A stretch of DNA of 56,323 bases, the filler included, from Sphacelaria rigidula (lineage: Eukaryota): assembly GCA_964200075.2 (NCBI GenBank). It is 4 parts of 4 records of this genome, joined end to end, with 100 filler letters (N's around TTAATTAATTAA, not from the genome) between each part and the next. Parts side by side here need not be neighbours in the genome. Positions count along the whole stretch, not along the records: positions 28,214 to 42,218 come from CAXNAA020002518.1; positions 42,319 to 56,323 come from CAXNAA020002519.1; 2 more parts are not named here. One strand, written 5' to 3'. Below the pieces are notes generated by a model. The model worked only from the letters and a program-made list of their open reading frames with translations. It searched no databases and was not told where the DNA came from. The position numbers were made by a program, and so were the translations under genes. Shown in pieces: positions 36,774-48,043 of this stretch; within the stretch, counting starts at the first letter, position 1; each line of letters begins with the position of its first letter.

Positions 36774-37214
36774 CTGTACACATTGACAGATAGGAAAGTG
36801 GTGCTAGGATCAGGATCGTCATGGGAGTGGGCCTATCGGGGGTTGTTTTATGACGGAGCTGAATCTCACTGGCTTTCTGAGGAAGAAGCGTTGGACAGTT
36901 TCACTGGGTTGCAGCTGGACGTGTCTCATGCTTTGTGGGAACTATATCACTCGCAAGTCAAGCCACGCCCATCTGTTGCGCCATCTCGAGCGGAAATATA
37001 CTCTATTGCTCGGGATGAATTTTTGCGACAGATTCCCCGAGGGACTAAGATCCGTAAACGGTTTGTGGACAGCCAAGGTGAGCAACAGAAGTTCGACGGG
37101 AAGGTGTTCGATTTCCGTCAGCCGTGTTACCGTATCAAGTATGAGGATGAGGATTGGGAAGAAATGACGCCGTTGGAGATACGAAAATATACGGTGAATG
37201 GGCAGGATACCTGA
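36774..37214 (+). pseudogene. Integrase C-terminal chromodomain-like plus Tudor-like domains
   Basis: LYTLTDRKVVLGSGSSWEWAYRGLFYDGAESHWLSEEEAL is chromo-like. GTKIRKRF...FDGKVFDFRQPCYRIKYEDEDWEEMT is Tudor-like. Confidence 0.7.
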
Positions 37215-37515
37215 ACAGTTTTGGGATCTAACTGATGGAGAAAAGGGATAGTTTTTGCACGGTGTTTAAATTTCCTACGTGGTCTAACCCGGCAGAACGG
37301 TCTACAAGACAGCGGACCCCTCCCCCGGGCGGGATAGAATCGTTCCTGCGCGGTGTTGAAACGCCCTGCGCGGTCTAACCCAGCAGAACGGTTATCAAGA
37401 TCGACGGCTACACCAAGACGCTGAATACTCGGGAGAGGAACATGGTATCGCGGCGATCCATCGTGTAAATCACGTTCAGTCCCAGGGTTTTTCAATGCTA
37501 GGACTGAGGGGGGGG

Positions 37516-37906
37516 TGTTACGGATCGCAGCGTGGCGTGGTGGATAAGGACAGTACGATGATGGGCCGTCAGTTTCAAAATGACACTGCGCCCGGAGGGC
37601 TGATTGCGGAAACTGGGCAGTACCGCAATCAGGGGTGAAGGCGGGTAATCCGTCAAGAGACGGAATACATAAACATGCCTCTTACCTCTGGTTGGATCCG
37701 GTTATTTCCGAGGATCGATTCAACCAGCACCCTGGTGTTCACTTCTCTGAAGTGTGAGTAAACACCACAAAGAGAGAAAGAGAAATCGATTCCGCCTGAA
37801 GTTGTGATCGAGATTATCCTGACGCTCGTCTTGTATCGTTCTGCGTTGGACTTTCCCACGTGCTGTGAGCTTACGATTGTTCAGGTATAACGGTGAGACT
37901 GTAACG
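37516..37906 (+). repeat. 3' LTR (right boundary uncertain)
   Basis: Begins TGTTACGG directly after the PPT. Candidate inverted ends are CTGTAACG (37906) or TGTAACA (38152). Confidence 0.65.
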
Positions 37907-38578
37907 ATGTTTGATTCAAGCAGCGAGTAGAGGTATGCAGGTCGACAAAATAGTGAAAACGAACTGTGTGCCAAATGGAATAGTAAAATGTGTAATTATA
38001 TGGGTAAAAGTAAGTCGTATTTGCATGGGCTAGCGAGTCATCGTAACTTGCATGACCGAAATGTTATTGTTGTTCGCTCTAGTACTCGACTTGTACAGTA
38101 GAGATACATAATGTCTACAACAACTATGGCCAACACTATTCTGTTTGTAACATTTGGTGAACATCGCTTGGAATTGAACATGTAAAATAGTATTCAAGGG
38201 CATCGCAGTACATTTTTCCCTGTTGAAACTCGAAACTTCTCTGCTTGAACACCTTACACCTCTTACCATTCATGACTAATTTCGAAGAAAATACTCCGTT
38301 ATTTCCGGACTTCCCCCGGGGTCTAATCCTAACGCTGAGATTGTCTCAAATCCCATCTGAGCGGGAGGGTGCCAGAGCTTCCCGTCGCTGCATCAGATCC
38401 CGTTTGGGACCGTCAGAAGGGATATTCAAACTACAGCTGCCGCGGATTCTAACTGAAAACGAAACGGCTCGGAGTTTTTGAGCGCGTTGCACTACAGTAG
38501 TATTGTTCGACAGCCCCACCGCGAAACCGGTTCTCAACACAGCCCCGGTGGACGTGGCCATCCAAGGCGTGATAGCTG

Positions 38579-38689
38579 CACGGGTGGCCACTGGGGTGCC
38601 TCTCACCTCAAACTTTGGACGTTACATACGTTGCACAAGGTCTGTAACGTCGACATTTGAGGTAACAGGCACCCCAGTGGCCACCCGTG
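38579..38689. repeat. 111-bp near-perfect palindrome/hairpin
   Basis: The outer 23 bp CACGGGTGGCCACTGGGGTGCCT pair perfectly with AGGCACCCCAGTGGCCACCCGTG. Pairing continues to the centre with few mismatches. Confidence 0.9.
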
Positions 38690-38766
38690 TGGTTCAGCCT
38701 GGATGAAACGCCTCGCATGGGCGCTTCTTGCGAAACAACCCCAAGCGTGGGACCAACGCTTACACA

Positions 38767-39431
38767 CGTCGGACGGACCAGCTCCCTATAGCTCGAGCTA
38801 GCTCTTTTTCAGCGTAGCTCCCTAGTGAGCTATAAGAGCTACATGAGCTACGCATGTTTTCCCTGGGAAGGGCTACGAGAGCTGTATGAGCTACGCATGT
38901 TTCTCCTGGATGAGCTACCAACCCGTAGCTCATCACCTCACATTCGTCCTGGGTGAGCTATGGGAGCTGTATGAACTACGCACGTTTCCCCTGGATAAGC
39001 TACCAACCCGTAGCTCATCAGCTTATATTCGTCCTGGGTGAGCTATGAGAGCTGCTTGAGCTACGCATGTTTCCTCTGGATGAGCTACCAACCCGTAGCT
39101 CTTCAGCTCATATTAGCCCTGGGTGAGCTATGAGAGCTGCATGTGCTACGCATGTTTGTTCCGGATGAGCTACCAGAGCTGCATGAGCTACACATGTTTG
39201 CACCGAATGAGCTATGAGAGCTACATGAGCTACACATGTTTGCCCCGGATGAGCTACGAGAGCTGCATGAGCTACACATGTTTGCCCTGTATGAGCTATG
39301 AGAGATGCATGAGCTACACATGTTTACCTGGTATGACCTATGAGAGCTAGGTGAGCTGCGAATAATTGCCCTGGATGAGCTATGAGAACTACGGGAGCTA
39401 CGACGATCCTGGAGTTTTGTCTGTTCCGATG
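38767..39431. repeat. Minisatellite-filled element (~40-bp units built on GAGCTAY motifs)
   Basis: Repeated GATGAGCTATGAGAGCTGCATGAGCTACACATGTTTGCCC. Ends CGTCGGACGGAC / GTCTGTTCCGATG are imperfectly inverted. Confidence 0.8.
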
Positions 39432-39580
39432 CACGTCGCTATTGTACGTACGTGACAACGGTTACATGTGCACACACTTGTCCCATTTCGTGTAGCGATG
39501 GATTTGCTTTTTGCGAACATCAACAATTAACATGGTTGCATCAGATGTCATCCGGATCGTAGCCATCACATACACACACA

Positions 39581-39584
<4 letters not shown>

Positions 39585-39630
<46 letters not shown>
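39585..39630. repeat. (CA)n microsatellite
   Basis: Directly visible. Confidence 0.95.
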
Positions 39631-39634
<4 letters not shown>

Positions 39635-40523
39635 GCCCTGCATGGCGACCGCGGGGGGCGGCAGCTCTAGCGGTGCTTCAGTCGGAAATGATGCCGTGGA
39701 TACGGATCCTTCGCAACAGGCAATCGATGTCGAAGACGGGACTATACTTACTGAAGACGAGGTGCGTCAAGGCGTGTATGCCTTACCTTCGCTGTGCTGT
39801 AGAGTAGAACGTGTGGTTCAAGCCACCTTGGGTGGTTCTTCTGTAGAGAGAAGGGTGATTCAAGCCATCTTGACGTGTGTGTTTGAAGCCGCATCTACTT
39901 GTGTGATTCGAGCTACCTTGACCTGGCTGTACCGTGGAGAAAAATCATGATCGTGTGTGTTATATTTGCGAAGTACAGCGGAAGGTAGAAATGATCTTGC
40001 GATGTCTCGTCCTGTATGCTTCGAAACAAACGAGACCGTCAGTGGTTTGCCTTCCACTCTTTGACGCGCAACAAGTCGCCCTAGTCGAACACGGGCTAGC
40101 AATGGCCTCCGGCCAGTGGTTGTACGGTCACCATCACTGACGATCTCGTTTGCACTGCCGCATGAGTCGCGGTGCCAGAGTCTATTTGCCCGCAGTCTGA
40201 ATCTATTTGCCCGTAGACTCGCTGTACTCTCCTTTACTGTCTGTACTGCACTGTGGACTCTACTACAGTACTGTACTGCGTGAGAGGACCATGTGCTTAG
40301 AGGACTGCATCGGAACTTGAACATCCCCATGGTTAGGGTTAGGGTCAGGGTTAGTGTTATGGCTGTAGGCAGGGGCGTGGTACCTGCAGGGGCTGACCCG
40401 ATTGGTTTTGAAAAACGTCGATCCTGGGGTGTTTCGAACTACGGCGCGGTTCTCTAAGCACGCGGTCCTCTCACGCATTACAGTACGCATTACAGTACTG
40501 CGCATTATTTACATAGTTTCATA

Positions 40524-40776
40524 CGTCGGACAGCTCATGAGCTACCTGAAAATTACTTCCTATCAGTATGCTGACCCGGATCATGGGCTGGCTAGCTCCT
40601 TCGGGCCCTTTTCCCAACTTTTCTCCCTACAGCACCGGATACTGAGCACGCGGCGAAGCGCAAAGGTAGCGCTTTGGCTTCTCGCACCCTGCTGTGACGT
40701 ACTTTGTGTCATTGAACAAGCAAATTGGGAGTCTTTTTCAAATAGTTATTTCAGGTAGCTCATGAGCTGTCCGACG
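40524..40776. mobile_element. MITE with perfect 28-bp TIRs
   Basis: CGTCGGACAGCTCATGAGCTACCTGAAA occurs at both ends, inverted. No clear TSD. Confidence 0.85.
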
Positions 40777-40932
40777 ATGTCGTTGTTAGTACAGTACACG
40801 GCCGTACATACATATACGGTCCCGAGGGATTTAGCGGAAACATTTAATATATTTCCGAAACAAAGCCCGCCCTTCTCCCCTCCTTCATATTTTCTCACCC
40901 ACGGTCACCAACAGGAGATAAAGCAAGCAGCA

Positions 40933-41180
40933 ATGCGCGATATGCCAAACCCGGCAGCGTACAGGCGGTGCAAGATACCACCCAAAACGGCGACGCGGTC
41001 GATTGCATATGATGACGGCGTACGCTTTGAGGAAGATGTTACAGATCCAGGCGACAAGAAGCAGCTGTGATTTTGCGCGTATTCGCCTACGTGTCGAGCA
41101 GCTTCGGCGAAATGTCAGGGTGGCATCAACTGCCACGCGAAGCAGACAGGCAACATTCCCGCCATCTCAAATGTCACGGT
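40933..41180 (+). pseudogene. Possible BED-like zinc-finger relic (hAT transposase N-terminus)
   Basis: YDDGVRF...*FCAYSPTCRAAS...TGNI / RHLKCHG (one stop, one frameshift) gives a C..C...H..H pattern. Confidence 0.45.
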
Positions 41181-42218
41181 GAGTGCTGTGGCGTACAAGT
41201 ATTTGGTATTTTGAGCTCCACATTCGACCTCGCCAAAACCATGAGGCGAGAAAAAAGCGGCTATTAGCTACACACTTTCCTATTTTAATACATATCGAGT
41301 CAACATAATAATTGTGGAATTTTGGGGGAGGGTACGATCCTTTCTCGCCGTTGATATTCTAGGGGGGACGTGTTTTGGGGGCATCTGCATATTTTTGTTC
41401 GGAGTTCATACTCGAAACCTCGGAGCCAACCGAATCGGGGAAGTGTTTTAGACCTCTTTCGGTGGGATAGTGCGGAGTGTCCGAACGTTTGATGGCGATA
41501 TTACCTGTTGGGGGGCCAAAAACCGTGTCTGAATGTTCCAAGAGTGAGAAACCCCCCCCAAAAAAAAACAAAACGAAAAACAAAATACCAGTGATAAGAA
41601 ACGGGCTGAGGGACACATTATGTACATTTTGTCGGCTTCATTGCAATTGTGTGTAGGCTGTCAGTTATTGGAGCGAAGTTCGTTGGTTATTTTTTATTAA
41701 TCAACACTCATCAGTTGTATTTGATGGTGAAGATGGTGGGAAACATGTTTCTGGTGAGGAAGAATGATTACTGAATCATTTTGACAATTGAATACAATGC
41801 GTACATCGCAGAGAAATCCTTCATCTTTGTGTCTGACCTCGGATCGTAGGTCCTCCGTGCTGACAAGGCAGGATCGTACGGTAGGTGGACACTTCGAACG
41901 ATGGTGATAGATGGAACGGCCGATCTGTTCAAATAATGTTTGTACAGAGGCCACATCCATGCTGTCCCCGTCTGTGTATGCTGTTTCCAACGGCTGGAAA
42001 TACCTCTATGCTGACATTCGAACGGCTTCATTGGTCGCCTGTGTTTTCCGGATCGCTTCGTTTTTCTTTCAGGCATCGAATCCGGCAAAACGAGTAGGGT
42101 CAAAATGACAAAAGCTAAACTCGCCGCCGCAGATGCATCATCGGTCTTACCAGCATGTGCCAGTTTTTTTTAAGTGCCAGAACATCGACGTGCGGAGAGA
42201 TCCCGCCGTCTCTTCTTG

Positions 42219-42318
42219 NNNNNNNNNNNNNNNNNNNNNNNNNNNNNNNNNNNNNNNNNNNNTTAATTAATTAANNNNNNNNNNNNNNNNNNNNNNNNNN
42301 NNNNNNNNNNNNNNNNNN
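42219..42318. other. Artificial contig spacer
   Basis: N44-TTAATTAATTAA-N44. Confidence 0.99.
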
Positions 42319-42375
42319 CCCTCTCCCTCCCCCTCCCCCCGTGGTGAGACATCTGTGAGGCAGTGTATACACTGT

Positions 42376-42650
42376 GGCTGTCTCTGAAAGTGGCGATACC
42401 AGAAGATAAAGTAGCTCATTGTAGGCTGTCATCCAAATTTAAGATAATCAGTAGGCCTCGAGCCGAACAATCTTCGCAGGATGCAGCTCACCCTTCATGC
42501 GACTCGCCCAACACCTGATGGCGCTTTGCGCTTGGTGATCGAGTGCGAGCCGGATCCGGCGAAAACCCGGCGTGTCCCGTCCCGGCTTTGTAGGGATGCG
42601 AGGTTAATGGTCTGATGACTATGGCATGCATGATCATCAGTACATCCCCC
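42376..42650 (+). repeat. Dispersed repeat family B copy
   Basis: Matches 9880-10150 and 19968-20226. Confidence 0.9.
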
Positions 42651-43054
42651 TTCCTTCCCCCCTCTTCTCGTGATGAATTCGCGGTCTAGAGGAAGCACAG
42701 GCCCCTTTTGCCCCCCTGTACGCGCCTCTCATTGTGGTACCGCGGATTGGATGAGCTGTCACTTTCATGCCGCGTCAGCCCTGGTAGGTATATGTTCATT
42801 TCTTCATCACGTCATGATATTTCAATGGCGGAAATCAGATACTTGTTCGAGAGGACAAAGCCAACATGCATCTTCTCGGATTAGAATCCCAATCTTCCGC
42901 CCTAACAGTTTCCTGAAAGGTGGGGATCGTTCCGCAGCACGTTCCGATAAAGCGATTATCTGAGCACGGCTATATCACAATGTTCCGGCCAAGACAGAAC
43001 AATTTCATCGGAAACTCCTCTGCGGAATCTCGGACATGGAAATGTTGCCGCCGC

Positions 43055-43290
43055 GTCCCGATGGTGTAATGGTCCGACTGTCACCATTAAGGTGGAGAGA
43101 ACGAGGGTTCGATTCCCGATGCGTTGGGATTTTCTTCGTAATATCTCATTTTCAGCGTGGAAAACGTGCGAACTTGAGGGAACGAAGTCTAGTCGACTGA
43201 GTTTGTTTGACGTGAGTTGACGCGGTGCGGGAGTGCTGACCCAATTCGCGAGACCAAAATGTAAGGCACGTACCGGGGGAGAGATGGGAT
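43055..43290 (+). mobile_element. tRNA-derived SINE-like element
   Basis: A-box TGGTGTAATGG (43062) and B-box GGTTCGATTCC (43106). A more decayed inverted copy lies at ~42700-42960. Confidence 0.65.
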
Positions 43291-43699
43291 GATCCCTTGA
43301 GACCACGGACGGGTCCCGAGGAAGGGCGGGGCCTCAAGTTCCCTGAATCAGCACGACTTGAAGGCAATTGCAGAAGTGTCCAAGCTGCATTCGGAAGCGT
43401 GTGCGAGAAACGGAGTCACGTGTGAAAAAAACGGAATCTCGATGAGCACGACTACAGAGCGCGCTTTTCGATGGGATCACGTCACTACTCTACACTGATG
43501 ATCGCGACGATTCGGTGACGGATACCATGGGGCAGTCTGCGACGGAAGAATAGGGGAACCAAAATGGGCAGAAGGCATACTCCAATGCGCGAGAGAAGAG
43601 TATCAACCGTCAGGCTCAAGCGGTCAAAGACATCACTGCCGACATACGTGACAGAGATCTGCTGCAACTCTCTTACCTCGAACGCGCCAAACAAGTCCA

Positions 43700-45800
43700 A
43701 GAATGTTGTGCTCGCGCGCCAGCCGTGCACAAGGCAGCGGATAAAGTGGTGACCGAAGCACTGTATGATGCAGAGCTCATTTCACACACGCTTCCGCAGT
43801 TGTTGATAGCGGAACAAGGATACGGGGCATGGTCTCAGCCATTATCCCATGGCTTCGTCAGTTCCGGGACCTCGGCGGCCATCTCTACGTTGACGGCAGG
43901 GGCAAGCACGAGAGGGATTGGATCCTGAACGAGGATGATCAGTGGCTACAACTGCTAACTCGGCTGAAGGAGCAGAAGCGTGTATCGACACGTGCAACCT
44001 ACAACTACATCAACAACGAGCTATTGGCGCGGGAAGGGATGGCGAAAGTGACGGAGTACGGTCTTTGCCTCCCTTTTTCGACGTCTACGATGAACGTGTG
44101 GATGCGCAAGTTGTGATACAAGTGCGAGCGACACACGTAGTCCTACTACACCGATGGCCATGAGAGGTCAGACGTCGTTGACAGCCGCGCGGAGTACGTG
44201 AGAAAGAGAGTTGGAAACTGCAACTTCGGCAGCACTGCTGGTATTCGGTGAGGAAGGATCACCTGACGTCGGAAAAGCTTGCCGCGTTTGAAGAGATGCG
44301 CAAAACAGGCGAGGAGGCGTTCCTGGCCGACACATACCACTACGAGGTAGATGGTATCAGGTACATCGAGGTCCGTGTCGATTTCTTGGACAGCGGCTTC
44401 GACGCCCGGCACGATGAGCTACGCCGACAGTTGGGAACAGCGGGCGTTTGTAAGAGCGATCGCTTTAGTGCAGCCACAGCTGTTCCTTGTGAGTATGACC
44501 ATGCGCCCGAGATGTGTAAGCGCAAGTCGCGAGTGTTGCACTCTGGGCTAGACAAAGCATGCTTCCAAACGGATGCGTTATAGGGAAGAAGGTGGGGGGT
44601 CCAGGGAGTGCGTAGGATGAAGAGGACGACAGAGGGGGCGGGAGAGGTGGTGTCAGCCTTTCAAAACGACGAACGTGGCTTCGGTCTGCAACTGTTCCTA
44701 TCAGGGCTGGAGCGTGTGAATGCCTTCCAGCAGGAGCGGGGACGCGCAGCCTCGACGGAAACCCGTGGTGTGAAATTCTCCCGGCCTGGGAAGAACACGA
44801 AATGATCGTGGGACTACGAGAAGTTCGAGGCTCAGGTGATGAACGTGCTGGACTGCCTCAAAGCCATCCTGCCCAAGGATACGGAGATCGTCATGGAGGT
44901 CGACCACTCGGCCGGACGCGCTAACTCCTCAGAAGATAGTCTGCATGTGCCGAACATGAACTTGAAGTAGGGGGGGAACAATGGAAAATGCGTGACACGA
45001 AAATTGCCGATGACTGTCTAAGCGAAAATAAAGCGGAGATACACTTCGACGGGGAGACTTGGAGCACCCACTTAGTGCCGGGTATCAAATGGGATACAGT
45101 TGTCTTGAAGCCGCAAGTGGGCGGGATGCAGACGTCATCATTCTCAGCGGACGACCCACCTCCGTTTCACGACTGGGGCCCCGGGTCGAAAGGAGGAGAA
45201 AGCGCACAAGTGACGAGTCGTCGAAAGGCCCGGTGCAGGGCGGGGTGAGCGGTGGGCAGGGCTTACAGGCAGGTGATGACAGGAAGTGCGACGAATAAGT
45301 TGTAGACGTGGGCTATATCGGGGCGCTCGAGGGTGTCAAGCAAGTGTTGTTGGAGTGGAATTGTGGGAGTCACGTATGTCTACGCCGGATAGAGTACCTG
45401 CAGACATGAACGCCGCCACCGTACTCGCGAATTTGCTAGACTTCGAGAAGAAGAGTGTGCTGCAGAGCGTTGTTGAAAGCCGCGGGCACATCCTCGTGAC
45501 GTCCCCGAAGTTTCATCCGGAAGTTTCCGGAGTCGGGATACAGTATTTCTGAGGGTAGTCGAAACAGACGTGTCGCCGCGAAATCAACGACGAGATCCCG
45601 GGGAATTTGCACAGCACAATGATGCGGTTGCTGTGCGGAAATACTGTCCCCAGGCTGGAGTGAATACGCTGCTTTGCATGACGCACACGGGACTTCTGTC
45701 GGGCATATTCACTCTAGACAACCAAGGGGTGATCGACAGGCAGCAAAGACACGATTGAGGAAATGTGAAATATATCAAAAGCGCACCGCAACATCGACCT
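43700..45800 (+). pseudogene. IS630/Tc1-mariner-like DDE transposase relic with long D-to-E spacing
   Basis: GRGKHERDWIL, WMRKL, SYYTDGHERSDVV, degenerate first D (GLDKACFQ), VSAFQNDERGFG, EVDHSAG (44902) and PKFHPEVSGVGIQYF*G (45505-45555, equivalent to P..SPDLNPIE..W). Many stops and frameshifts. Confidence 0.8.
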
Positions 45801-46125
45801 CCAGTGAATGCTTCTGTCAAAGAAGGACAGAGGGCATTAGGCTGTCTTCGAAATATTGGGTGTTCTTTTTCTATTGTTTGCGGGGTGTTTTGGGTAATGA
45901 GAGCGCTCACCACGAATGTGAAGTAGAAGAAGGTATTTGTTCGTGCTAGCAGGTGGGAGAGGGTTGTATACACCTGTGCATAAGATTGGATGGCATTTTG
46001 ACGCTTTTTCTGGACGGGCGGTGGCGTGTGTTTCCGTCGACACACGCGAGGTGGAAAGATCAAGACGAGTGTTCGGTAATACTATGCTGGTTTATTTTGG
46101 TCGGGAGTGTTGGTTGTAGAATGAG

Positions 46126-46542
46126 TGGAACTCGGAAATGGTACCACTTATAACTGGCCACCATCACTATAATGGTAATAATGGTAATGGTTATACGAAA
46201 ATTTTGGATCATGGTTTCAAACCATTATTTACTGTTACCCACTTTATAAGCTATTTCCGGCTACGTATTCCACATACATTCCTTGGAAGTTGGCCCAAAT
46301 TCAACGTATCCTTGAGCTCTAGTGGAGCCGAATCGAGTACAAACGTACCTCCGGCACGGCGCCTCCATCGGGGCCCTCCGGGGGCGCTTCCGGCGGGCCC
46401 CCCTTTGCCGGTGGGAGACTTTTTGGCTCGCGGCTCCGTCGCTCGATGACCAAATCATTATGTACCATTAAACTGGTTACTGAGTGCGCTACGCGTAACC
46501 ATTCAACTGGTTAATGGTTGGATAGACCATTTCCGAGCTTGA
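46126..46542. mobile_element. hAT-type MITE (417 bp)
   Basis: TIR core CTCGGAAATGGT at both ends. 8-bp TSD AGAATGAG / AGATTGAG (7 of 8 match). Confidence 0.75.
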
Positions 46543-46843
46543 AGATTGAGTGTTTCATTTGCGCCCCGCCTTTGGTGAGTAGATGCAACATCAATGACGG
46601 GTCACTTCAAATGCGCATTTCAACCATCATTCATTTGTGCTTTTTCGTCCCACTGTACGCGATGTGTGTGTCATCGACTTGTGGATAATGTGATCGCGCC
46701 CCATCGTGATGTGCGAATCGTCCTGATTTGTGAGGATCCCGTTTCTCCGAATGAGTCCGTGTATCGAGCGATCAACCCACATACTGCCCATCCCAGCCTT
46801 ACATGTACATATCGTCGATTTCGTCAATACCCCCGCACCTTTG

Positions 46844-47420
46844 CAAGGTTGTGTTCTGTAGGGTACGATTTTCTCTATACCCGGGGTATTTTGCCGGGTA
46901 TTCACCGTATCCAGCAGTTCTGTGACTTCTGTAAGACTTTGATATCGGTACCCGACAGTTCTGTAACCTCTGTGAGACTTTTATACCCTTACCCGATAGT
47001 TCTGTAAACTCTCGAAGACTCCCGTACCGTTACCGGGGGGCACGGGTACGCTCTCGATGAAATACATGATTGTGGGTACGTTCTTCTGTGCAACCTCCAT
47101 ACCCTACCCCACAGTTTCTGTGAGTTCTGTAAGCCTCCCATACCCTTACCCGACAGCTCTGTGAGTCCTGTACAGAATGCTCACCCGTACCCGCAGCACG
47201 GGTATGTTCTTGAGAAAATACCCGATTGCCGGTACCGGTCCTCTGTAAGCCTCCCATACCGTACCAGATAACTTCTGTGATTTCTGTAAGACTTTCATCC
47301 AGTACCGGTACCCGACAGTGCTGTGAGCTCTGTAAGCCTCCTATACCCGTACCCGGGGTTCGGGTATACCGTTATGAATATACCCGGCTGCAGGTGTGAG
47401 CATGGGTATATACCTTGGGC
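46844..47420 (+). mobile_element. Non-autonomous element with internal TACCCGACAGTTCTGT repeats, copy 1
   Basis: Colinear with 48044-48622 from CAAGGTYGTGTTCTGTAGGGTACG onward. The 3' end is divergent. Confidence 0.8.
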
Positions 47421-48043
47421 AGGCACGGATCTAGGTGCAATCCAAACACAACCTCGTGACCTTAACATGTACCTCCTATCGATCAACCCACCCAACTCCT
47501 TCATTCGAAACTGCACACCAACAATAATTAAATGTTGAAAAGTTCTGTAGTTTGGGATTTGACGGGATGCGAGGTACCGCTGAGTGAAAACACGAAACGT
47601 GAGCAACCCTGTAGACCGTCAGGATTGATCACCCCCAGACTCGCGAGTGGTAGCTCGAGCGGGGGTGGTTCATCTTCGCCACCAGAGGATCAAGTAGCAA
47701 GACGCATGTCATCGACGTTGATGGTGGTTGTGTCATGGTCATCACACCCCAGGCCGTTATGGACACAGGGTATATGAGCTGCCACCGGAAGTCGCCAAGG
47801 CCGTCGGCGATTTTATCGCGTGCCGAAGGGCTTGCGGAGAGCGGGCAGCCGTGAATGCTCCTTCATGTACTCTCTGGGAGTGCACGTGAAACCGATAGAT
47901 GTCGACGATCCATGTACTACTGCGATTGTTCGTGTAGTCCTCTATCAACCCCGCGGAAGCCGTTCAGAGTTATCGTGAACTGTCATCTGTATTACTCCTT
48001 TGATGTATTGACGTAGGCCCCACCACAGGGGTGATGATGATAC

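Larger units (their letters stand above)
29864..37906 (+). mobile_element. Degenerate Ty3/gypsy LTR retrotransposon (5' LTR not found on this contig)
   Basis: Domain order is gag-like, PR, RT, RNase H, IN. A polypurine tract GAGGGGGGGG (37506-37515) is followed by TGTTACGG, the start of the 3' LTR. There are many stops and frameshifts. The LTR end is uncertain (37906 or 38152). Confidence 0.92.

Noticed and set aside
38790..39400. CRISPR-like periodic array and Cys/Ser repeat ORFs
   Set aside because: Contiguous degenerate tandem units with no unique spacers and no cas genes. It is a minisatellite.
40331..40354. Telomere (TTAGGG)n
   Set aside because: Only about three imperfect internal units. 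An interstitial repeat fragment.
14008..42318. Regularly spaced palindromic TTAATTAATTAA every ~14.1 kb
   Set aside because: Artificial all-frame-stop spacer between size-sorted contigs. No linkage across spacers can be inferred.
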